Shown: positions 52,530 to 64,000 of the stretch, piece by piece
How positions within the stretch are numbered: the first letter of the stretch is position 1
Layout of the letters: each line of letters opens with the position of its first letter
NCBI GenBank assembly: GCA_964304625.1
Contig: OZ199839.1
Span: forward strand, 4,327,292-4,391,291
DNA length: 64,000 bases
Reading direction: 5' to 3'
DNA from: Kudoa neothunni
Taxonomy: Eukaryota; Animalia; Cnidaria
Notes under the pieces: model-generated
What the model saw: only the letters and a program-made list of their open reading frames with translations
The model's database searches: none
What the model was told of the DNA's origin: nothing
Translations under genes and position numbers: made by a program

Positions 52530-54300
52530 CAGTGGAACACAAATTTTGAGTCGTGGACTTAATTTATATCTTCGAAAACTGCCAGGGGGTCAGAAAAATA
52601 AAAACTAATGTTATAGATTACACGTTGAAGAAATTCACGAATTTTGATGTTCAAAAAAATCTAAACAATAAAGTATAAATAATAAGTTTACTAAACGTTT
52701 TAAATTGAGCGAAGATCTACACATTGATGAATTAATTACTCATTAATTTGATGGATGCGGTTGCAACTCACGGAAAATTGTAGATATGTCAGGATCAATA
52801 TTTGAAAATCAATAGGCGTAAAATTTCCTCTAAATTATCATCCATTAGTTGACTATGTATATCACTTTTATTAAGTTTCTTCAGAGAAAATGCTTGGTCA
52901 TATCAATGTGTCCTGTCAAACATGTTTTCACGGGGAAAGTGCATTTTCTTTAATATGTTGAAATGTTTTAGTAATAATTTGTAAAAATCTAGAAACCCAT
53001 TTTTTCAATAAACGGTATGTATTTCATCGGACGATTGGAGACCGGTAAATTCGAGCTGATAGACCGCTGGAAAATAAGTCACCGAAACACCGAATGGATC
53101 AGAAAAAAGTTTTATTAACAATCACGATGGATTAAAATCTTAGAATTGTTAATTAAGACATTGAATCAAAGTGTCTATTTATTCGATGTAATTGCAAATG
53201 TTAATATCTTTATTCCTCATATATGGCGTGGAAATGTGGGATAATGTACAAAGTTTGCTACGTCGCTTGGTGCCTAAAGACTCTAATTCTCTTTTTAAAT
53301 GACCAGATATGGTTTTCTAGATGGCATATCTACCGATTTTTCTCCTTGCAATTTTAAATTTAAATAATTAAAACAATGAGTAATATCAACTAGCGAAACT
53401 AAATCAAGTTGGATCAGTCAAGAAAGCGACTTCTTTATCTATATTATGTACTTTTAGGAATTGAATGACCCCATCAATTAGGTCCGAAAATCTCTTAAGC
53501 ATTTTCCTGAGATTACTCAACGTATCTCGCATTAATAAAAAAGGTAGCCATAATAAGAATTGATTTCTTTAAAAATATTGCTTGCAATAGTTCTATCATT
53601 CATGGAACCTATGGCAATAAGCTCCTCAATGATCTCGAACGAATTAAACGTCAAGAACAAAAACAATTAACAATGCGTACGATCCAATGTCAATTGACTA
53701 ATCGAAAGCCAAAGAGAGGTAGGAAAAATGATCTACTTTCTTCACAAGTTGTCTTTTTACACCTGACAAAAGAGATTAAATTCTTCGCTAAACTGTACTA
53801 CGGTTCAGAGTCCACATCTGAAGTTTAGAAACATCTCCTTAGCTGCAACAATCATTCATTCATAACAAAATCGCCATCACCAAAAGCTTTCGCAGCATTT
53901 TCTATCAACAGCGATATATTATAGCTGATCTCACATGTTGTGCTAATATCTGCCTACTGTTCTTTATATTTTGTTTGTTGTCGATTAGGGACACCTACAA
54001 CAATTTAATTCTATCGTTTCGTTTCTCACTCATTAACTTTTGAAATTCTATGAACGGTTTCGTAATGTTTTTAATATTAGATAACTTCACTACAGTTACT
54101 GTGGAATGACCTAACAGACAAATAATATTGTCCATCTTTTGAATAAAACAGTATTTTTCTGTCTAGAAGTCATTTAATTTTCTATTTTAATCCTCAATTT
54201 CCCATTTCTAAAAATAAAATAATTTGATTGTGACAATAAAATTTTAATAACCTAAGTTAAATTTGAGATATACCTTGTGTGAGAAAAATAATCGTATAAG
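52530..54300 (-). mobile_element. hAT relic (GTF2IRD2/EPM2AIP1-like transposase)
   Basis: Fragments EKYCFIQKDG..KHYETVH and ISYNISLLIE..FGDGDFV; CAGTGGAACACAAA terminus near 52530. Confidence 0.6.
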
Positions 54301-54597
54301 CGCATATGAAGTCAATTTTTTTTATATTACTGTCATTTACATAATCTTTTTATCAAACCTACTTCCCACCATATATTTTCTTTTCCCAGCAACTGCTTTA
54401 TTATTACTTCATTATAAATGATTTCCATCCAAACCCACCAAACCGAAAGACGCATCTCTCAACCTGTCTCCAATACTCAACTCTTTCAACAGAAGGGTAA
54501 ACGAACCATATCTCTAAATTCCACTATTTTCCTCCAAACATCACTATTCCCACAATATCTCGCCGTAATGCGGTTGGCGACAATACCACATCATTAA

Positions 54598-57039
54598 CCC
54601 TTTCGACCCGAATGATGCCATATGGCATCATCAGATTGATGTCGGAATATCTATTCCATTTTTGTATGTATAGTTTAAATCTATCGCTGTATAAAAATAT
54701 AACACATGCTTTATTAAATAAATTTTAGAATTTAGAATTTTATGTCGTTTATTCATTATAAAATAGGAAACAAATAGCGTGAACGGCGTTAACAAATAAT
54801 AGATTATTGTATCGATATTTACGAAAATAGCAAATCTATATTTTTTATTCTAAAAATATAATCATTTATTATTAAGCAAATAAATTTTAAAAATTAGATC
54901 GAATTTTAAAAATAATGATGTATAGCGGGTTCGGGAGATGAAAACAACGAATGATGCCATATGGCATCATTCGGAGCGCATACGATATCGGGTGAAGATT
55001 AATGATGGATGCCAATTTTGTCGTGAAAAAAAACAAAATCAGGTAGAGTAGTAAAAACAATTGGTGCTGCTTCCAGACCCCTGACAAGTGTGATGCCGAA
55101 AATCAATCTGATAATGATGAAAACAATATTTCTTCAAGTGACTGCTCCTTGTCTGAAAAACGAAAGTGACTCAGAAGAGACCGCCTCAGAGACAGGATGG
55201 ATTTTTAATGAGTTCATCGAAATGCCACAATTAAATGAATCTGAATTATCGTTTTAAAGATATTGACAATACCATTATGGATTCATATTCTTATTTTAAT
55301 CGGTTCTTTACTGATGAGCTATTTGAGTTGATAACTAATGAAACAAATAAATATTCTTCTGTTTTAAATTCAACATTTAAAACAACGGTTGAAGAAATTC
55401 GTTTTGCTCATCGGAATTTTCATACGTATGTCAATTGTAAAAAATGTCAAGGTACAAAAAATTATTGGTCGAAAAAGCTGAGCTACAATACTATAGCTGA
55501 GCGAAATGACCAAAGATAGGTTCGGGCCTACTACTGCGGTATCTTCATTTTTGCGATAACAACAACGCCGTAACATCACCGGACCATTCTGGATACGACC
55601 GATTTTTATAAAATAAAGCCTGTCCTTAATATAATAAGACGAGCATGTTTGGAAGTCGAACCTGAGTACAACCAGTCGATTGACGAACAGATGATCCCAT
55701 TCAAAGGTAAATCAAATTTAAAAACGTTACCTTCCATCAAAAACCTACAAAATGAGGTTTCAAAGTTTACACAAGAAACGGCGCAGGTGGAATAATCCAT
55801 GATTTCTTTTTTGATGGTGAGTCTGCAATTATTCCCCAAACAAGCACTGGGAGCAAATCATCCGATATTATGAAACTCTGCGAGACTCTACCCGAAAAAA
55901 CATATATATATATATATTACGATAATTACTTCTCAAGTTTTAGTCCACATGACAAATTGTTAACACGCGGTTATTTCTCAACCTCCACCATCAGAAAAAA
56001 TCGCATGGATAAATGCCCCTTCAAGGATGACAAACATATGAAAAAGTTAGAGCGAGGAAGTTTCGAGTTTGGAATCTACCATTTGAATGGGACCAAAATT
56101 AACGTTTTTAATGTGGCTTGATGGGTCTATTGTTAACGTATCGTCCAACCTATTACTCTGTGTTTTCCTCTCTCCTCCTATACCTAGATTCGACAAGAAA
56201 GCAAAGAATATGATGACGATAACCTACCCCAACATGGTCCAAAATGTACAATAAACACATGGGGTGGTGTTGATTTATTTGACATGCTAATGGGTCCTTG
56301 TATCGTTTTGGAACATAAATCATGCAAATGGTATAACCGAATATTTTTTTTGTGTTTAAATCTGTGCCTTCTAAATGGATGGCTTCTCTACCGAAGGCAA
56401 TGTAATTTGCTTGGTGTAAAAAACCAAACCAATGATGGATTTTGCAAGAGTTTTTGCATCGAAGTAAGCGAAGACTTGCTTTTTTTTTAGTCAAAATGTC
56501 AGCTTAATCCCAAAGAGAGATCGACCGTCTGCTTCAACTAAGATTTTAAGTACTCCAATCTTAGTCGCTAGAAGGTATAAAAACTAATGAGAGTGGGGAT
56601 AACCTCTAACGCTCGTTTTGATGGATATTTTTCATTTTCCAGACATGGATCAAACCAAAAAAAGGTGCAAATTATGTGGCATGTATTGCAGAACCTTTTG
56701 CACTAAATGTAACTTGCATCTATGTCTCAACAGTGGCAGAAATTGTTTTGTTTCATATCATACTAAATAAATATTCATTGTTTAATATATAAATTTTAAG
56801 TTATTTTGATAAAATCAGTGTTTTTTATATTCGCTTAATATGAACGCATGCGTAATGACAAACTATCTTACAATTTGAGTCGCCGAATGATGCCCATATG
56901 GCATCATGTAGTTATTTGATTATTTATAATACCTTTTAAATCAAAGATCGTGTATTTCCATTTTAATTTTGTATCTAGAAATGATATATAATGGTAAATA
57001 TTTTTCTCAATTTTTATTTTTTTTTTCGGGTCGAAAGGG
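54598..57039 (+). mobile_element. piggyBac transposon (PGBD2/3-like), full-length ends, frameshifted transposase (about 55002-56770)
   Basis: TTAA on both sides; perfect TIR CCCTTTCGACCCGAA. Protein fragments: QSIDEQMIPFKG, YYDNYFSS, STIRKNRM, YNKHMGGVDL and Cys-rich tail CKLC..CTKCNLHLC..RNCFVSYH*. Confidence 0.93.
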
Positions 57040-57427
57040 TTAATAATCTATTTTCCGTATTACAATTTGGGGATAATTGTAGGTGAACTAAAACCTAAAA
57101 TTTATATATTTTTCATATCATGTTTTTTATGATTTTTTAAATCCTTTAGTGCGTACTATATCTGACTATTAAATATATATATATAAATTAAATAACAAAA
57201 ACAAAAAATTTAGGACCTGCAAGAGCAAAACTCCTACACATTGATTCATTGATAGTCACGATGCAGAGCTTTTTTTTTCACTTAGGTATACACCTAAAAA
57301 ATTTATTTTTCTACAATAAATGCCTTAGATTTTGTAAAATAATTTTCCCTTGTATTATTTTATTTGTATAAAAAATAACCAATAAATATTAAAATTATGC
57401 GCGAGCAGCAAGTGGCGAGAAGCGCGA

Positions 57428-58340
57428 ATGGAGTCAGTGCTGCGTAAATGCGCGATCGAATTTAATTTGGACTCGAAAGAATGTATTTCAAAGAGTCTAG
57501 AATATGTTAGATTGGTGAATTCTAAAGTTATGCCACAAAGTTTTGAGCAAGCTTAAACTCCATTCCTACAATCTTTGCTTGATTTGTCTCAATATAGCTT
57601 GTGATATGTTGTTGATAGATTTTGATCAAGTAGCCTGATTAAAAAACAGATCCAAAATAAAAACCAACATTAACACATATGTATATAGCAAAAAGCAATA
57701 TCAATGTACGGTGCACCACCTTCCAAATACAAAAATTGTTATGCGTTTCTAATGAAAAACGTTGGGATTTGATTCCCGAAGAAAATTCTCACGTACAAAA
57801 CATTATAATAATGTTGGATTGCAGCCATATAAGGACTGAGACTGAAACCTACCTATCACTGTATCAATTTTACTCGATCATATTGTCTAATGGTCATTCA
57901 TTAGCTGTCGAAAATTCATTCAAATTCAAAGACGTTGATGTGAATTCCCCTTGTTGGAGCTATTCTTTTTGCGTTATCCAAGTCTTTGCTACGGATTAAA
58001 AATTTGTTATCGGTATATTTTTATAGAGAGAAAAAATCCAAAAATAAAAACCGACAAATTCAAACGTTTGCGGTCTACTAAGAGCCAGAATGTTCAAACA
58101 GTTGTGTGAAGAAGTTAGGTTGTTTATCAATAAGCATCAGTCTCAAATGGGTGGATGTTTCAATCAATTCGCATTCTGGTCATTTTTAACTGTCTTTTGC
58201 GCACATTTAACTATTTTTCTGTGTATTTAGATAATCGTGGTTCAGACAGAAAACAATGTTGATGGAGATGAGGAAAATATTGAAAAATTATGATGAATGG
58301 AAAAAAACGAATTATTACTTCTTTAGATAATATTAGATAA
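57428..58340 (+). CDS. ORC6: Origin recognition complex subunit 6, multi-exon (not captured by the ORF track)
   Basis: MESVLRKCAIEFNL..SKSLEY, DVDVNSP and MFKQLCEEV, plus the conserved C-terminal YDEWKKRII motif. There is an apparent homopolymer frameshift near 58285. Confidence 0.72.
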
Positions 58341-58613
58341 AATGATAACAATATTTTTCCATCATTTTTATTTGTTTCATCAATTTTTTTTAAATAAAGA
58401 TTTTTATGTTTTAAACGACAATTTGTATCAATCTTTGTAATTTTCAATCACTGGTTTTATGTGTAAATATATTAATACATCTAAATGTGTTTTCTATGAC
58501 ATAAATAACTTATCTAAACAGATAAATATTCTAATTAGAGTGATAATTCCCCAAATCATCAGTTTTTGGCCCGATTGAACTCGAATTAAAACGAAGATTA
58601 GTTAACAAGAAAA

Positions 58614-59515
58614 ATGGATTCGAAAATGCTAGGTAATTTTTACAATTAAATTATCTATTTTGTGATATATTTAGATCATGTTTTCAATTTGAAAGTACGT
58701 TGTACGTAGATATAATATTTGATAAACGATTGGAATTAGTTCTCTGCGAAATCGTTGCAAAGGGAATCTCTTAAATGTAAAAAGAATGAAAAAGCTGAAA
58801 TAGAAAAGGCAAAAAAAGCACTAGCAAAAGGAGAGATAGAAATAGCTCGGATACACAGTGAAAATGCAATTCGTCAAAAAGTTCAGTCAGAAAATTTTTT
58901 AAGAATGGGTAGTCGTGTCGAAGCGGTAGCACAACGTGTTGAAGCTGCCGTTAAAAACCAAGCTGTAGTTGATTGGATTTATTGCCGTGAGATTGATTGT
59001 ATGATTTCACTTTTAGGTTACAAAAACACTTGGTGGAGTGGTCAAATCCATGAATTCTGCCCTCAAAAGTATGGATCTTGAAAAAGTAGGTTGATAAGAA
59101 AGTTATAATCGTCAAAATATTATTTTTTATAGGTATTAACTTTGATGGACTCGTTCGAGAGACAATCAGAAAATTTGGATATTCAATCTTCGGTTATGGA
59201 AAAAAGTATGACCAACACTACCGCTGTTACTATCCCTGAAGATCAAGTACGTCAACTTATGTCCAAAATTGCAGATGAAAATGGGTATAAATAAGAATTG
59301 CTAAGTTTGTGTATAGGTCTTAATTTATTTGCTAGATTGGATTTAAAAGCATCCCTTACTATTCCCGCTGATACTGCCAGCAAACTGAGCGGTGCTCGAA
59401 TTGAACAACCTTCCAACCAGGAACTTGTAATCTATCATTTTCTAGCCAACTCATTAATTAATTTATTTATTTATAGGAAAAACTCCAAAAAATGCTATCA
59501 AAATTTGATGATTAA
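58614..59515 (+). CDS. CHMP1: ESCRT-III CHMP1/Did2, about 7 exons including two micro-exons of about 20 nt
   Basis: FNLKFSAKSLQRESLKC..ARIHSENAIRQK..FLRMGSRVEAVAQRV..GVVKSM..MDSFERQSENLD is present. Confidence 0.92.
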
Positions 59516-59954
59516 TTGTTAATTTTTTTTACAAAGTTTATCGATATTTGTATACCTTTTAACCTATCATTAATTGACCCATATTCTATAATGTTTGACA
59601 TTGTTTTGTATATTTTATTTTTATACTATTCATTTTATTTCTCCTGTCAATCTTGACTCATTTGTGGTTCCAATCGCAGGAAATAGCGATTATTTGAATA
59701 ATGCTCTGGTTTAATGGAAAAATTAAGTATTAGAACTAATAGTAAATCATACATAAAAGAAATATTACAATAATAAGATTAAAATGTTTGTTGTTAGATA
59801 TATACGATATTAGAATTAATATAAAAAATCGTGGCTATAAAAAACGAATTTCGCTTTAGCATTTTAAATTGGTTAAACAAAACATGTCGATGCTATTCTT
59901 TCGGAATAATTTACGATTAATTTAATCCAAAAACTTCGATATTATAATGGGCAG

Positions 59955-60485
59955 CAGGGGCCGGCAACCTTTTTGAGCGACGAGCTGAACAGCCATAACA
60001 TAACTCTAATGCGGGCCGGATTAAAATTAATTTACAAAAATGTTATATTATTCTTAATTTAAATATGTAAATTAGTATTTATAGAAATTGTTGAAACTTT
60101 AAAAATACGGCTGATCAAAAATATTATATACAAATAATCATTTTCATTTACAATGTAACAAACACAAACTCGTGTGTAACTCGCGAAAGGACGATTTATT
60201 GGACGGTGTCCAATAATATGAGATATACCTTTTTTAAGAATATTTCATACTTTTATAGAAATAATTTTAACAATCATATTTATTCCGGGCTTTTGAATTA
60301 ATGAAAATGAATATTAGTTAGCCAAAATGTTTAGATAGACAACATATTAACATTTAGAAAAACGATCTAGATAAAAACTTTAAAATTATTTACGTATTTT
60401 AGATATTAAGAACAAATTTTATCCAAGCTAATGTATGACAGGTCTGATAGAGATAATTGACAAGGCCGTAGGTTGTCGACCTCTG
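59955..60485. mobile_element. Non-autonomous hAT element (MITE)
   Basis: Termini CAGGGGCCGGCAACCT / AGGTTGTCGACCTCTG (13/16 inverted) and internal GCGGGCCGGAT. TSD not preserved. Confidence 0.7.
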
Positions 60486-61707
60486 TAATAAAGTAATATG
60501 GGGGTTTTGAACATGTCGAGCGATTTTATAACATCATTAAAAAGAATAAGGGATCTTTTAAATGATTATTAAATTGGAACTATTTAATTTTTATTTTAGA
60601 AAAATGTGTGTAAGAACCAGAAGCATCTTATATGGATTTTTACCTGAAAGAAGATTTTGTATTAAACGCCATATCGTTGGATCTATTACAGTGCAACCTC
60701 GAAGCTCGTAAGAATCGGAGTTCGGCCCAAAATCTTGAGTCAGAAACAATTTTGAGTTCGAGTACATATAGAAAGGGTATTCAATACAAATCCGGCAGAA
60801 GCATAAACCATAGAAGAAAACAAAGTTTAGAATAAGACTTGCTGAATCAAATTGTGCGTCTGTCATCGAAGGAGAAACTCTTATAATCTATTGTATGACA
60901 ACCATAAAATATTTATCCTATATTTCACTTTTATTATTATATTTAATATTTATTTGTTATATTTTATAAACACAAGGTTCGCATGTTTTTTCGTAAGTAA
61001 GAATAAAAATAGTCATTTATTTGATGGTCGGCAACGGATTAAATTAATTTGCATTTTTTTTCACGAGAAAAAATATATTTGGTGTTCGATAAAATCAAAG
61101 TCCACAAACACGTATAAAACAGACTATGGTAGAAGTCCTGGGTTGCAGTGTAAATTGTAAATGTCTATTTTTAATTTTTTTACACATTCAACAATGGTAA
61201 CCACATATATGTTAAACAAATATAAAAAATAACGGGAGTTTTAGAAGTTGTTTTAATTTCTAAGCTCCAATGACTCCTTGTGCGTGATTTAAATATTTTA
61301 TATGGAGCGTTAAAAATATTTTATGGCGATACTGTCTCCATATTAACTCTATGATTTTAAATTATATAATTAAAATATAATATTATTTAAAACTTAATGC
61401 CTGGTCAATGAAATAGCAGGAAATTTTTAATGAGTCGAAAACGACACAAAAACCTTAAATGTATTGGCCGGAAAGATCGATTTAAATAACATTAACGATA
61501 AAGCACAATTAATGTTTGTCTCTTAGGTATGAACATGTATAACCAACCCAACTAAATGTAATCATTAGCGGAAAAAATAAAACATTTTAAAATTAGAGTC
61601 ACTAAAATTAAAAATTTATCTAATCATCAAAACTGTTAATGTGTTATCTAATGAACAGTGGAACTTATAATCATTATATCTGAACGGTTTAGGATCCCTT
61701 AATTGGG

Positions 61708-62947
61708 TTAGATAAGATGGCGATCGATCAAATCTTTTATAGAATTGAGAGTGAGAGTGGGGCGACACTCAACTCCATCACATATTGAACCGTTTTTCTC
61801 GTATTCTTTAAATTCTTCCTTCGAAGTAACACCACTAAATACTAATATCGACTTTATGCTACTATTTTGAGCGAAAAGAATGTCGGTATCAATTCTATCT
61901 CCAATCATAACACATTCCTCAGATGACACATCGAGACTAAAGAAAAAAATAAAACAGCTTTAAATGAGAGTAAATATTACGTTTTTTTCACAAGATCGAA
62001 ATAATTCTTGGTAGGTTTTCCAACGATGATCGGTTTACGTGCGGATGGGGTAATTATTGATTGTACAATCGTGCCAGTTCCTAACCAGTTAAAAAATATT
62101 CACTATAAACTCAAATCGCGCCAACCTGGACCATATTTTCCATCTTGCAAGGGAAATATAGAATCCATATTGGTAGCAATGAACATTATTTCAGGATTCC
62201 TGAGATAAGTCATAGCGTCCGTAATTTTCTTTAAACTCAAATGTCGATCGTATCCAACAAGCACAGCTGACACCTATCAAAATTTGAACACGTATATGAA
62301 TGATTTCCAGTATTATCTAGAAGAAAATATATACTCCATCAGTAGAAGGTAGCTCAATATCATGCAAATGGATGTGTTCAGCATATTGGTCCGGCTAAAA
62401 TAGAATCGCATTAAATTAAATTTCTTCAAAAGAGAAAATACGCCTAAACCAAAATGAGGAATATCAAAATTTTTCAATTCTTCAGACATAGCAGGATTCC
62501 CGACAAGATACACCTTTCCAGTTAGATTTAGTTCGCTGATGTATTTGGCTGCAAGAAAAGACGTACAAAAACACTCAGACTATACAAATATATTTTAACA
62601 ATCTCTATTAATAATTATATTTTGGTAGTTGAAAACTACTTCGGCAGCTTCAAATCCTCTGTCAATAAGTTTTTTATGAAGACCTTTTCGAGTGGTGGAA
62701 TTGTTGTTGGTCACGTATGCAACTTTTTTACCCTTTTAAATTAATCAGATACAATATTTATTATCCACATTGTAATGTAATGCAAAAAACACTTTAGCTT
62801 TGAGCATAGAAATCAATTTGGTAGAATACGGAAACACATGCTTTCCACGCCATAAAACCCCTTCATTAATTTATGTTAACGCACAAATAAACTCAAATTA
62901 CCATCGCAGTCAAATATAAACGCTGTACAGTTTTTGATGAAACTCAT
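61708..62947 (-). CDS. HAD-IIA phosphatase (PGP/PDXP/4-nitrophenylphosphatase family), multi-exon
   Basis: FIFDCD-GVLWRG, YVTNNNSTTR, VLVGYDRH, FIATNMD, IVGKPT and MIGDRIDTDILF..LVFSGV are present. Confidence 0.9.
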
Positions 62948-64000
62948 GTAACCAGTAAACAACGCTTAGGCTCACGTTGCTAGAATCTCGGATCTGACCA
63001 ATCGTCCCTTAATCTTTGGAAAAGAAACGATTACCAACAAGGTCTCAGATCAGTTTGAGACACTTTAAAAAATGGTTTAAAGTTCAATTAAAATCATGTT
63101 TAATGTATACGTTATTCCATTAGCTACTCAATTTTTTGTAAATATATTTTTTGCGCTACCAAAACTTCAAAATTAATGAATTTATTGCAACTTTAGTAAA
63201 TTAGCTATAGAAAACCTATATAATAGTTTTTGGTCAATGCTAAATGAGTAATCTTCCGACGGATAATGTAACCCTAATCCTTTTGATTAATTTTGACGAT
63301 CGTTGATCTAATAGCTTACATCTCATTTTTCATCAAAACATTAAATTTTTCGATGATTTCCATAATTTTTCAAAAACATTTATTCGTTGAAAATTAAACG
63401 GAAACATTACAAAAAAAATGACGCTCATTCCTGTCGACAACGTTAATCGCGGATGTCGGGTCGTACATAGTCGCTGATCCTCGTTTCCAAAAATTAAACA
63501 TTATTTCTTATTTATTTTCCAATTAATTTTATTTTAAAAATTATATTATTAAATTATACGGACCGATTGAATATAAGGGTGAGGCGCAATCACACATAAT
63601 TGAAAATGAGTTGATTTGAAAGTGATTCGCAAAATGGTTGTTTAAATGGTGTTAATTGGACGAGAAACTCGGGTTGGAAATAAAATTTTTTTGATGAGTT
63701 AGAATTTACTCTGATAATAATCAGATATTTGATGAAAAATGAAAATATATGCTAAACTAATGCAGCAATCGCTTAAATGTTGAACTTTCTGAGTATCCTC
63801 AAACCGCGTACTATTCGAGTAAAATGGAGTTCATTTTGATCCAAGATTTTTATATCAATTATTTGTTTAATAATTTATTTCCTAATTATTAAAAAATTAT
63901 CAATAACTCTACTCTAATTATTAAGTGCACGAGCGCACGTAGACACAATGTCTATTTACATTTAAAGTACCCATCACTTTAATTTCATGACTGCTTTTGA

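Noticed and set aside
54546-57083. Weak inverted similarity between the two flanks of the second piggyBac (insertion into a small MITE?)
   Set aside because: The match is short and gapped; it could be chance.
60591-61160. Small ORFs on both strands
   Set aside because: No motif or coherent splice structure.
1-64000. CRISPR arrays, prokaryotic operons, rRNA or tRNA genes
   Set aside because: None seen; the window is intron-containing eukaryotic DNA, and the repeated palindromes belong to a piggyBac.

Overview
This is a very AT-rich eukaryotic window with compact genes, mostly 40-60 nt introns and many decayed DNA transposons. A secreted protein carrying minicollagen-type cysteine-rich domains, together with strongly diverged housekeeping genes, points to a cnidarian, most plausibly a myxozoan parasite (inference). 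Recognisable genes: DDX11 (3' end), a VIAAT/SLC32-like transporter, a non-collagenous CRD/polyproline capsule-type protein, TRNT1, TEX10/IPI1, an LSF/TFCP2 transcription factor with an inserted coiled coil, an SRA1-like gene, PRIM1, ATP6V0C, TBCB, DPH7, an F-box protein, ORC6, CHMP1 and a HAD-IIA phosphatase, plus several orphan genes. Mobile DNA: two piggyBacs, a 46-bp TTAA mini-element, a MULE with TIRs and TSD, pogo/Tigger and hAT relics, and MITEs. The most notable observations are the capsule-type CRD protein, divergent start codons only 29 bp apart (ATP6V0C/TBCB), overlapping convergent CDSs (PRIM1 and an orphan), a recurrent TGCGC motif next to start codons, and a piggyBac with three copies of a 20-bp palindrome. 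Exon structures were read by eye and family calls rest on recalled motifs, not searches. Several frameshifts fall in homopolymers and may be sequencing errors.
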